From assembly GCA_040767965.1 (NCBI GenBank), contig JAXGNR010000015.1:1-37722 (forward strand): DNA of 37,722 bases, in the 5' to 3' direction. The notes beneath the pieces are model-generated. The model was not told where the DNA came from, made no database searches, and worked only from the letters and a program-made list of their open reading frames with translations. Of this stretch, positions 19,097-27,707 are shown piece by piece; position 1 is the stretch's first letter, and the number at the start of each line of letters is the position of its first letter. A program made the translations under genes and the position numbers. This DNA comes from Atribacterota bacterium. Lineage in GTDB: Bacteria > Atribacterota > Phoenicimicrobiia > Phoenicimicrobiales > Stramentimicrobiaceae.

Positions 19097-19249
19097 ATGA
19101 ACAATAATATGGTATCTACATTGATAAGGAAAATGCATTTTGATGTTGAAGATAAGCAAAGTATTATGCTAAAATTAAACAATGGTGAGTTTGTTAATAT
19201 GCTTTTAGTAGATTGTACCCCCTCACCTTTTTACAAAATATACTATTGA
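19097..19249 (+). pseudogene. Internal fragment of a Gfo/Idh/MocA oxidoreductase gene
   Basis: FDVEDKQSIMLKLNNGEFVNMLLVDCTPSPF aligns without gaps to FDVEDTASIVLKFKEGGMANIILSDCTPSPF starting at 23821 (19 of 31 identical by hand). Confidence 0.85.
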
Positions 19250-19336
19250 TTAAAAAATGTAGGTATAAATAGTATTTTCGTTTTTTAAAAATATCATCTA
19301 TTTTGAGATATTGATAAAGATAATAGGGGGGCGAAA

Positions 19337-19855
19337 TTGAAAGTATATCCGGGAGAAAAGAACTTAGCAATAATATTTTTTGTATTTTCTTTGTTAGTAA
19401 TGTATTTTTCTTATGAAATATCTGGCTTTAAGAGTATGTCTTCACCGGGTTCATTTCCAATGTTTGCATCTTTTATTTTATTTATTTCTTCAATTTTTGT
19501 GCTGAATGAAGTTAAAATAAAACAAACCAAACACAGACAAGAGACAATTGAGAATAGAGATATCTCAATTTATTCTGCAAATTCTTTAAGCACAAGTGTT
19601 AGCACTATTAGTTATTTGTTTCCTCGTTTATTTGTAATATTTCTTTTTGCTACTTTAGTTTATGTATTTATAATCGTACGTTTATCTTTCATTCCGGCCT
19701 CCATATTGTTCTTGGTGTTTACTAGAATATATTTTAAAAGTGAAAAATTGAAACTTGATATAAGAGAAACGTTTAAAACGATTATTGTATCTATAATAAT
19801 TGTCTATGTAGTATATTTTATTTTTCATGTTCTATTCAAAGTTATTTTGCCTTAG
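19337..19855 (+). CDS. tctB: TctB (no adjacent tctA)
   Basis: SSPGSFP motif, multiple TM helices, C-terminal FHVLFKVILP; TTG start after AGGGGGG. Confidence 0.85.
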   Translation: MKVYPGEKNLAIIFFVFSLLVMYFSYEISGFKSMSSPGSFPMFASFILFISSIFVLNEVKIKQTKHRQETIENRDISIYSANSLSTSVSTISYLFPRLFVIFLFATLVYVFIIVRLSFIPASILFLVFTRIYFKSEKLKLDIRETFKTIIVSIIIVYVVYFIFHVLFKVILP

Positions 19856-19956
19856 AGTTTTAAATTATTATTTAAAAGAAAGGAGGAAATTTTTATACTG
19901 TATTTGAGTTAATAGTTTAAAAAATGATCTATAAATTAAAAGGAGGTTACAAATAA

Positions 19957-20967
19957 ATGAAAACAAAAGTAATTTTAAAAAGTGTGCTGTTAAGTCTGTT
20001 ATTGATACTTCTACTCGGACAGATTAGCTTTGCAGAGGAGGCATATCCTGAAAAACCTATTACATTGATTGTACCGTGGGGTGTAGGCGGAATGACAGAT
20101 TTGACTGCTAGAACCATGCAGCCGATTCTCCAGGAAATATTAGGTGTAGCAGTAGTAGTCAATAATATGCCGGGTGGCTCAGGTGCCGTAGGAACAGAAT
20201 TTGTGGCAAATGCCAAGCCGGATGGTTATACCATTTTGTTTTCTGCTGAAACACCTGCAACTTTTAAGGTAATGGGATTATCGGAATTAACGTTTGATGA
20301 TTTTAACCCTTTGGTTGTTTTAACAATGGGGATTCCGTCCTTCTGCGTACATGGTGATTCCAAATGGGAGACAATTGAAGAGGTCCTGGAATATGCTAAA
20401 GAAAATCCCGGGGAATTAAAATTAGCGCATTCAGGATTAGGTGCAAGCAGTCATATCAATGCCATGATGTTAGAGGCAGCTGGTGTTGAAGTGAAGTTAG
20501 TGGGTTATGCCGGTGGTGGCCCTTCGGTGACCGCTTTATTGCAAAAAGAAGTGGATCTGAATTTCCAGTTGCTGCCTTCAGTCAGTGAATACATTGATTC
20601 AGGAGATTTTAAACTCCTTGCAACTTTTACCAATGAGAGAACTGATTTTTATCCGGATGTTCCTGCAATTGTAGAGGCTTTGCCTGAAATAGAATCTTAC
20701 CTACCCTGGGGCACCTTCTATGTTCCTTGTACCTTGAAGGGAACACCGGATGAAGTTAACGAAGTTTTGTTGAATGCTTTTGAAAAAGCCGTTAAAGATC
20801 CTCGCTGGATTGAACAAACAAAAAATATGAAAGCACTCACACCTAATTATGTCGGTGAAGAAGCAATGGAATTTATCAAGGGATGGCAATCAGTGACTAG
20901 CTGGTTATTATATGAGGGTGGAATTGCAGAGAATAATCCAGCTGACTTTGGCATTCCAAAACCATAA
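19957..20967 (+). CDS. tctC: TTT substrate-binding protein (TctC), copy 4; closest to copy 3
   Basis: YPEKPITLIVPWGVGGMTD; LAHSGLGASSHINAMML shared with copy 3. Confidence 0.93.
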   Translation: MKTKVILKSVLLSLLLILLLGQISFAEEAYPEKPITLIVPWGVGGMTDLTARTMQPILQEILGVAVVVNNMPGGSGAVGTEFVANAKPDGYTILFSAETPATFKVMGLSELTFDDFNPLVVLTMGIPSFCVHGDSKWETIEEVLEYAKENPGELKLAHSGLGASSHINAMMLEAAGVEVKLVGYAGGGPSVTALLQKEVDLNFQLLPSVSEYIDSGDFKLLATFTNERTDFYPDVPAIVEALPEIESYLPWGTFYVPCTLKGTPDEVNEVLLNAFEKAVKDPRWIEQTKNMKALTPNYVGEEAMEFIKGWQSVTSWLLYEGGIAENNPADFGIPKP

Positions 20968-20988
20968 ATAACTTGAACAGTTTATAAC

Positions 20989-21041
20989 AAATTCTATCCT
21001 CCCTAAGCTGTAAACTTTTAAACTTAGGGAGGATAGAATTT
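20989..21041. terminator. Stem-loop after tctC copy 4
   Basis: 19-bp perfect inverted repeat AAATTCTATCCTCCCTAAG / CTTAGGGAGGATAGAATTT with a 15-nt loop. Confidence 0.72.
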
Positions 21042-21078
21042 AAATAACAGAAAGATTAAGGAGTAAGATTATCAGAAA

Positions 21079-21594
21079 ATGAATAATAATCCGTTCTCTA
21101 AACTCATTAAAAAAATAAATAAAAATGAAATTATAATTGGTTTTATGATATTTTTCTTTAGCATCTATATTTATATTGAATCCATTCAACTGCCGGATTT
21201 TGGAAAATCTTTCGAAAGCCCTGGATTACTTCCTGCTTTCATTGCCGTAGTTATGTTTTTTTTGAGTATTTTTATGATTATTGGAGAACTAAAAAAGGGA
21301 TTTTTGCTGATTAAAGCAGAGGAAGGTTTGAATGGAGTTAAGAAAGAAGAAATTGATACTGGGCAAAGAGAGCCTCTTTGGGATCTGAGGGTTTTTTTAG
21401 CCATTCTCATTATTCTTCTATATGTTTTTGTTTTACCATATATAAGTTTTTTAATTGCTTCAATTCTATTTTTATTTATTATGATGTTTTTCTTAAAAGC
21501 GGGAAATGTTTTTTTAATTGGCTTAATTTCAGTATTAATTCCTTTGGGTATTCAATATTTATTTGCTAACGTTTTTCAACAGTTGATTCCATAA
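21079..21594 (+). CDS. tctB: TctB
   Basis: SPGLLP motif, TM helices, C-terminal FANVFQQLIP; precedes tctA. Confidence 0.87.
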   Translation: MNNNPFSKLIKKINKNEIIIGFMIFFFSIYIYIESIQLPDFGKSFESPGLLPAFIAVVMFFLSIFMIIGELKKGFLLIKAEEGLNGVKKEEIDTGQREPLWDLRVFLAILIILLYVFVLPYISFLIASILFLFIMMFFLKAGNVFLIGLISVLIPLGIQYLFANVFQQLIP

Positions 21595-21618
21595 TAAAAG
21601 AAATTTAAGAGGATAAAA

Positions 21619-23136
21619 ATGTTAGATTTGTTAATACAAGCAATTAGTCAGGTATTCGTATTTAAAGTTATTTTTTTGATAGCAATTGGTACTTTTAGTG
21701 GGATATTGGTTGGAGCTATTCCGGGATTAACTGTAACAATGGCTACTGCTATTCTGGTTTCCTTTACCTATGGATGGTCCCTATTAGAGGCGCTTGCTTT
21801 AATTATGGGTGTCTTTGTAGGAGGAGTGTATGGTGGTTGCCAATCAGCTATCCTGGTGAATATCCCCGGAGCACCAGCGGCTATTGCTACCTCTTTTGAC
21901 GGATTTCCACTATCCCAAAGAGGAGAAGCAGGAAGAGCTATCGGGATTGCCACTTCGCAATCCTTTGTAGGGGGGTTAATTGGTACTTTTGTTCTGGCAA
22001 TACTAGCTCCCCCAATTTCCCATTTTGCCCTACGTTTCGGCTCTTTTGAATATTTTTTATTAGGAATTTTTGGTTTAACAACTATTAGTCGGCTTGCCAG
22101 TAAATCATTGATTAAAGGACTCTTTAGCGCTTGCTTGGGAATTTTTGTAGCAATGATCGGTGTTGATCCGGTTTATGGTGTTTGTGGACGTTTTACCTAT
22201 GGAAGTACGCAGTTAATGGGAGGAGTTCATTTTGTAGCTGCTCTAATAGGTTTGTTTGGATTGTCAGAAGTTTTAGCTCAAATCAAATTAGCCCAATTTA
22301 AAGCTATTATTCCCAAAGCAGTTGGTGTAATGCCTAAATTGAGTGATATGAAGCGATATTTTTCTTTAACCATTAGTTCTTCTTTTATCGGCGTTTTCAT
22401 TGGTGCCCTTCCTGGAGTAGGAGGTGATATTGCTTCCCTGGTAGCTTATGATAATGCCAAAAGAACAGTAAAACACCCAACTCGTCCTTTTGGAGAGGGT
22501 GCCTATGAGGGTGTAGTTGCCCCCGAGACTGCTAATAATGCCTGTGTTGGAGGAGCATTAATTCCTGCTCTTACCTTGGGAATTCCAGGAGATGCAGTAA
22601 GTGCGCTGATTCTAGCTTCTTTTTTCCTCCATGGATTAAGACCTGGACCACTGGTAATGGTTCATAATCCAGGACATTTCTGGCAAATTGTAGTTATGAG
22701 TGTTGTGGCGAATTTCTTTATGTTAATATTTGGGTTGTCTTTAACAAAAGTATTTTCCTATGTAGTAGCTATACCCAAAAACATTTTGATGCCCATCATT
22801 GTGGTCCTATGTGTTATCGGCTCTTATGCTATTGAAGGTAATATGTTTCATGTCTGGGCAATGGTGGTGTTAGGAATTCTTGGTTGGATTATGCGGACTT
22901 ATAATTTTTCTGTCGGAGCAATGGTTTTAGGAATTATTTTAGGGCCAATCATTGATCAAAATTTCCGCAGGTCTCTGGTTTTATCAGAAGGAAATATTAT
23001 AGGTGCTATTATTAATAGACCAATAAGTTTGGTTTTATTTATAATTATAATAGTTTTAATTGTAAGTGAAATCCCAGCAGTAAAATTGCTTTGGTCTAAG
23101 ATAATTTTCAGGATATCACAAAAATCTTCTAACTAA
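21619..23136 (+). CDS. tctA: TctA
   Basis: GAIPGLT, NIPGAPAAIATSFDGFPL, APETANNA, LGIPGD, HGLRPGP. Confidence 0.95.
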   Translation: MLDLLIQAISQVFVFKVIFLIAIGTFSGILVGAIPGLTVTMATAILVSFTYGWSLLEALALIMGVFVGGVYGGCQSAILVNIPGAPAAIATSFDGFPLSQRGEAGRAIGIATSQSFVGGLIGTFVLAILAPPISHFALRFGSFEYFLLGIFGLTTISRLASKSLIKGLFSACLGIFVAMIGVDPVYGVCGRFTYGSTQLMGGVHFVAALIGLFGLSEVLAQIKLAQFKAIIPKAVGVMPKLSDMKRYFSLTISSSFIGVFIGALPGVGGDIASLVAYDNAKRTVKHPTRPFGEGAYEGVVAPETANNACVGGALIPALTLGIPGDAVSALILASFFLHGLRPGPLVMVHNPGHFWQIVVMSVVANFFMLIFGLSLTKVFSYVVAIPKNILMPIIVVLCVIGSYAIEGNMFHVWAMVVLGILGWIMRTYNFSVGAMVLGIILGPIIDQNFRRSLVLSEGNIIGAIINRPISLVLFIIIIVLIVSEIPAVKLLWSKIIFRISQKSSN

Positions 23137-23211
23137 ATAATAATTTTGATAGAAAATGTTCTAAAGGCAGTTCAGAAAAATAAGTTTTTAAATTTGAAAG
23201 GAGTACAAATT

Positions 23212-24249
23212 TTGGAGAAAATAAGGGTTGCAGTGATTGGTCTTTTTCATGGCATGAATCATGTTAGAAGTGCTCTTAAATGCGAAGATGCACAACTTGT
23301 TGCACTATGTGACCTGAAAGAGAAATACAGAAAAGATGCAGTAAAATATGGTGTTCCCTTTTATCTTGATTATAATGAAATGTTTGAGAAAGAAGAAATT
23401 GATGGAGTTGTTCTTGCAATTCCCAACAATTTACATGCCCAATTATCGGAAGAATGTGGCAAAAGAGGAATAAATGTTTTAGTTGAAAAACCTGTTGCCA
23501 GCACCATCAAAGATGCTGATCGAATAATTGAAGCCGAAAAAAAGTATAATATTAAAATACTGGTCGGGCATCATCGACGATTTTCCACATATATTCAAAG
23601 ATTAAGAGAGGCAGTCCAAAAAAAGGAGATTGGGGAATTCGTCTGTGCCAATATTATGTGGAATACTCTAAAGAATAAAGAGTATTATCAGGAGATTTGG
23701 AGAACAAAAGAAGGTGGCGGAATACTGAATATTAATGCGATTCATGATATTGATGACATGCGCTTTATTGTCGGTGATATTAGCCAGGTTTATGCTGAAA
23801 TAAGTAATCGAATCAGAGATTTTGATGTTGAAGACACAGCAAGCATTGTATTAAAATTTAAAGAGGGTGGAATGGCAAATATAATTTTGTCAGATTGCAC
23901 ACCTTCACCTTTTTTCTACGAAGCATCCTGTTACGAAGATAAAGGCTTTTCTCCAACACTAAAGGATTGTTACTATATTTTTGGAACAAAAGCATCCATA
24001 GCTATGCCTAGTATGGAAAAATATTATTATATTGAAGAAGAAAGGGAAGGCTGGAGGTGGCCTATAACCAATTCCAGAATAGAAATTCCTAGAGTTAACC
24101 CCATGCTTGAAGAGATGAAAAATTTTTGTAAAATAATTCGCGGAGAGGAACAGGCAGTTACTACAGCTAAGGATGCTAAAAAAAGTTTAAAAGTAATATT
24201 AGCTATTAAAGATTCTGCCAGGACAGGTAAAACAGTGCAGATTGATTAA
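23212..24249 (+). CDS. Gfo/Idh/MocA-family oxidoreductase
   Basis: IRVAVIG, PNNLH, VLVEKP, GHHRRF, GGGILNINAIHDID. TTG 23212 follows AAGGAG; ORF-track start 23146 has no obvious RBS. Confidence 0.92.
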   Translation: MEKIRVAVIGLFHGMNHVRSALKCEDAQLVALCDLKEKYRKDAVKYGVPFYLDYNEMFEKEEIDGVVLAIPNNLHAQLSEECGKRGINVLVEKPVASTIKDADRIIEAEKKYNIKILVGHHRRFSTYIQRLREAVQKKEIGEFVCANIMWNTLKNKEYYQEIWRTKEGGGILNINAIHDIDDMRFIVGDISQVYAEISNRIRDFDVEDTASIVLKFKEGGMANIILSDCTPSPFFYEASCYEDKGFSPTLKDCYYIFGTKASIAMPSMEKYYYIEEEREGWRWPITNSRIEIPRVNPMLEEMKNFCKIIRGEEQAVTTAKDAKKSLKVILAIKDSARTGKTVQID

Positions 24250-24382
24250 AAAGACAATATTTTAGTTTTTCTATTTCAGTAATTACTTACATCATTAAAT
24301 ATTAATTAAAAAATATAGAAAATTGATTTAGATTTTTTCTTTAGCTTTAGCAAATTAAATAAAAGAAGGAAGGATAATTTTT

Positions 24383-24781
24383 ATGGGTAAATATGATAAG
24401 TATTTTGTCAAACCATTCGATTGGGGAGAAAGGGATCTTGTTCATCATAAGATGAAAGGCGGAGTAGCTGATATTGGTCCACTACATGCTTTTTTGAATA
24501 AGAAAATGGTAGAAGGTGCAGATTTAAATGTTTTTGTTCATTACATGGATATCAAACCCGGGGAGGCACCGGATTATGTTGCAGTCCATACTCATGATGT
24601 ATCTCAAGCATATGTCTTCCCTACAGAAGGATTAAAGTTTGAGGTGATTTTAGGTGATGAGAAATATACTGTGGACAGTCCTGCTACTGTATTTATTCCA
24701 CCTGGCTTGAAGCACAACTTAAAGATGCTGGAAGGTAAAGGCATTGAAGTATGTATCCTGCGAAAAGGCTGGTATGAATAA
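24383..24781 (+). CDS. Cupin-fold protein A, copy 2
   Basis: Differs from 16873..17271 at 2 of 132 residues. Confidence 0.78.
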   Translation: MGKYDKYFVKPFDWGERDLVHHKMKGGVADIGPLHAFLNKKMVEGADLNVFVHYMDIKPGEAPDYVAVHTHDVSQAYVFPTEGLKFEVILGDEKYTVDSPATVFIPPGLKHNLKMLEGKGIEVCILRKGWYE

Positions 24782-24834
24782 CTTCTATTTGTTATCAAAA
24801 AAATATTCATTTTAAATTTTAAAAGGAGAAACAT

Positions 24835-25248
24835 ATGGGAAAGTATGACAAATATATTGTAAAACCATTCGACTGGGGAGAAAGACCATTAATTGGGCAT
24901 AATCGTAAAGTAATGAATGAACTTGGACCCCTCATGGCCTTTTTAAATGAAGACATGGTTAAAGATACTGATTTAGATGTTTTTATCCATTTTATTGATG
25001 TAAAATCAGATGATGGTCCAGAATATGTGGAACCACATGTACATGATTTTTCCCAGGCCTACATATTTCCGGAAAAAGGTCTAACATTTGAAGTTGAATT
25101 AGATGAGGAAAAATATGTCAAAGAAAGTCCTATTACCGTTTTTATTCCTGCCGGAGTCAAACATACCATTCGTATGATAAAAGGAAAAGGCTTTGAAGTC
25201 TCACTTACCAGAACCTCTAAATATCATTGGGATGAGAGCAAATCATGA
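24835..25248 (+). CDS. Cupin-fold protein B, copy 2
   Basis: Differs from 17331..17744 at about 9 of 137 residues. Confidence 0.78.
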   Translation: MGKYDKYIVKPFDWGERPLIGHNRKVMNELGPLMAFLNEDMVKDTDLDVFIHFIDVKSDDGPEYVEPHVHDFSQAYIFPEKGLTFEVELDEEKYVKESPITVFIPAGVKHTIRMIKGKGFEVSLTRTSKYHWDESKS

Positions 25249-25964
25249 GAGAAAAAAATATTGCAGGACTTAAGTTTGGAGAGAAACCAATATTAACAGT
25301 TACTATTTTAGAAGAAGAAATAAACAATGTGCTATCTTTATCTGAAAAGGCTATAAAATCAGGTGCAGATTGTGTTGAAATTAGAGTAGATAAGATTAAA
25401 ACAAATAAAGAGATTACGCAATTAATAAAGGAAGCATCTTTCCCTTATATAATTTCATGTAGATCTAAAACTGCAAATGGTTTTTTTGAAGGAAGTGAAG
25501 AAGAAAGAATTGAAAGACAAATTCGAGCAATTGAAGCAGGGGTCTCTATTATCGATATCGAGTTAACCACAGAAGAGAATTTAAGAAATAAGGTGATAAA
25601 AAGCGCAAAGAAACACAATATTCCTCTGTTAATAGGTTTTGAGAATATGCAAAACATGCCTACAATAGGCCAAATATTAAAGGCCCTTAAAGATATTGAA
25701 TCATTGGGTGCAGATATTGCAAAATTTGCTGTGAAAACAAGTAGTTATGAGGATGCCTTGAATGTTCTAAAAATAGCTAATTGGGCTAAGGATTTAATAG
25801 ATATTCCCTTTGCTGCTATTGCAATTGGGGAATATGGATTATTTACAAGACCCATTGCTTTATTGATGGGATCTTCTATAACTTATTGTGCATTAGAAGA
25901 AGGTGGTCCTTTGAAACAGCTATCCATAAGACAGATAAAAAATATTTTAAATATTTTTTCTTAA
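25245..25964 (+). CDS. aroD: Type I 3-dehydroquinate dehydratase homologue (divergent)
   Basis: ADCVEIRVD, SCR....G.FEG, IDIEL, GADIAKFAV (Schiff-base Lys), G..G..TR......GS.ITY. The S-x-H-D-F motif appears as GFENM. Confidence 0.78.
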   Translation: MREKNIAGLKFGEKPILTVTILEEEINNVLSLSEKAIKSGADCVEIRVDKIKTNKEITQLIKEASFPYIISCRSKTANGFFEGSEEERIERQIRAIEAGVSIIDIELTTEENLRNKVIKSAKKHNIPLLIGFENMQNMPTIGQILKALKDIESLGADIAKFAVKTSSYEDALNVLKIANWAKDLIDIPFAAIAIGEYGLFTRPIALLMGSSITYCALEEGGPLKQLSIRQIKNILNIFS

Positions 25965-26100
25965 ATTTAACCAATAATGCAAACAAACATCATTTATTTA
26001 GCAATTATTAAAGAGGGTGATGCAAATAAAATATATGATTGATAGCTAGTAATTTAGAAAAAGACTTATAGAATTACAGATTAAAAGGAGAATAATTAAA

Positions 26101-27120
26101 ATGAAAAAAATATTTCTTGTGTTTTTATCATTAATATTTCTGTTATGCACCTTATTCATTACAGGATTAGCCCAGGATTATCCTGCAAGAGATATTAATG
26201 GGGTTGTTTCCTGGGGAGCGGGTGGAGGCACTGATATTGTCAGTAGACTTTCAATACCAGCTGCAAGCGAATACTTAGGCAAAACAATTATTATGACAAA
26301 TATGCCAGGTGGTTCGGCATCTATAGCACATCAATATGTATTTGATCGTCCGGCTGATGGTTATACTATTTTATTCAGTTCTGAAATACCTTCTATTTAT
26401 CAGGTTCTGGGAATATCTGACTTAACCTATAATGAATTTGAACAAATTTGCCTTTTCTGTAATGTAGCAAGCATTATTATTGTGCGTAAAGATTCTCCAT
26501 ATAACACTTTAGATGACCTGATCAATGATGCCAAAGAAAGACCAGGTAAAGTTACTTTTAGTTTAGCCGGTGTTGGTGGCTTACCTTATGTAGCTAATTT
26601 GTTGTTGAATAAAATTTATGATGGAGTTGAATTTGCTATTGTTAACTACGCTGGTGGTGATAATGAGATTATTCCAGCAATTATGGGTGAACAACTTGAT
26701 GTTGGGGTTGTAGCGACTGGAACAGCTGTTCAACATATTCAGGGTGGAGATTTTAAAGGATTGGCAATTGTGTCAAATAGACGTATCTCAGCTATGCCTG
26801 ATGTTCCCGCCTTAGGAGAATTAGAACCTCAAGCTCAAGGATTGTTGGAAATAACAGGAACCTTCTTTGGTGCTCATATAAAGAAAGGGACTCCAGAAAA
26901 TGTAAAAGAAAAATTAACCGAAGCTTTTCAGAGAGGATATCAGGATCCCAGGATGCAGGAATTTCTTGAGAATAGTGGTTATATTCCATTGGGCTTATCA
27001 GGGAATGAAGCTAAAGATTGGATAAAAAAATGGCAATCCCAGACTGCTTGGTTAATTTATGATGCAGGTGATGCAAAAGAATCACCTGAAAAATTCGGGA
27101 TTGAAAGACCAGTAGATTAA
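26101..27120 (+). CDS. tctC: TTT substrate-binding protein (TctC), copy 5
   Basis: Signal peptide, YPARDINGVVSWGAGGGTD..SR, NMPGGS, PADGYT. Confidence 0.93.
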   Translation: MKKIFLVFLSLIFLLCTLFITGLAQDYPARDINGVVSWGAGGGTDIVSRLSIPAASEYLGKTIIMTNMPGGSASIAHQYVFDRPADGYTILFSSEIPSIYQVLGISDLTYNEFEQICLFCNVASIIIVRKDSPYNTLDDLINDAKERPGKVTFSLAGVGGLPYVANLLLNKIYDGVEFAIVNYAGGDNEIIPAIMGEQLDVGVVATGTAVQHIQGGDFKGLAIVSNRRISAMPDVPALGELEPQAQGLLEITGTFFGAHIKKGTPENVKEKLTEAFQRGYQDPRMQEFLENSGYIPLGLSGNEAKDWIKKWQSQTAWLIYDAGDAKESPEKFGIERPVD

Positions 27121-27129
27121 CAGTGATAA

Positions 27130-27160
27130 TGACTGAAGGGATTTCAAATCCCTTCAGTCA
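27130..27160. terminator. Stem-loop after tctC copy 5
   Basis: TGACTGAAGGGATTT-C-AAATCCCTTCAGTCA: perfect 15-1-15 palindrome. Confidence 0.72.
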
Positions 27161-27193
27161 ATTTGGTACAATATATAGTAAACAGGTATTGAA

Positions 27194-27688
27194 ATGTTTC
27201 AACCTAAAAAAAATAAACAAAAAATAAATTCGACAGAGTCGTACAATTCTCCGGGAGAATACTTGATTTTTATTATTCTTTTCTTTATAACTGGGTTATT
27301 ATTCATAGAATCAGTAAAATTACCAGGTATTTTCCAGGGCTATACCCATAGAATGGGTACAATGCCGCAGATCATGACTGGAATTGTATTGCTGTTGCTT
27401 TTTCTAATTTTAATTCAAATGATTAAAAATCGATATAGGCAGGGCACAGTAAAGGAAATATTATTCCATCTTTTTTCTAAAGAAGTTATAATTCTAATTT
27501 TTGCCGTGATTCTATATGCTTATCTTCTTAAATATTTGCATTTTAGAATTACTACCCTGTTTTTTCTATGGGGGTGTATGTATTTCTTTGATACCAAACA
27601 ACCATTACAAAAGTTGTTTATTTCTATCGTAGTTCTGATACTGATAAACTTTATTTTTTCAACTATATTTAAAGTATTGTTACCATAA
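27194..27688 (+). CDS. tctB: TctB
   Basis: GTMP motif, TM helices, C-terminal FSTIFKVLLP. Confidence 0.85.
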   Translation: MFQPKKNKQKINSTESYNSPGEYLIFIILFFITGLLFIESVKLPGIFQGYTHRMGTMPQIMTGIVLLLLFLILIQMIKNRYRQGTVKEILFHLFSKEVIILIFAVILYAYLLKYLHFRITTLFFLWGCMYFFDTKQPLQKLFISIVVLILINFIFSTIFKVLLP

Positions 27689-27707
27689 GTATAAATAAGG
27701 AGAAAAA

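Noticed and set aside
16835-25289. Cupin-pair direct repeats as ends of a mobile element or an assembly artefact
   Set aside because: The copies differ at many silent sites, and no transposase, integrase or terminal repeats are associated.
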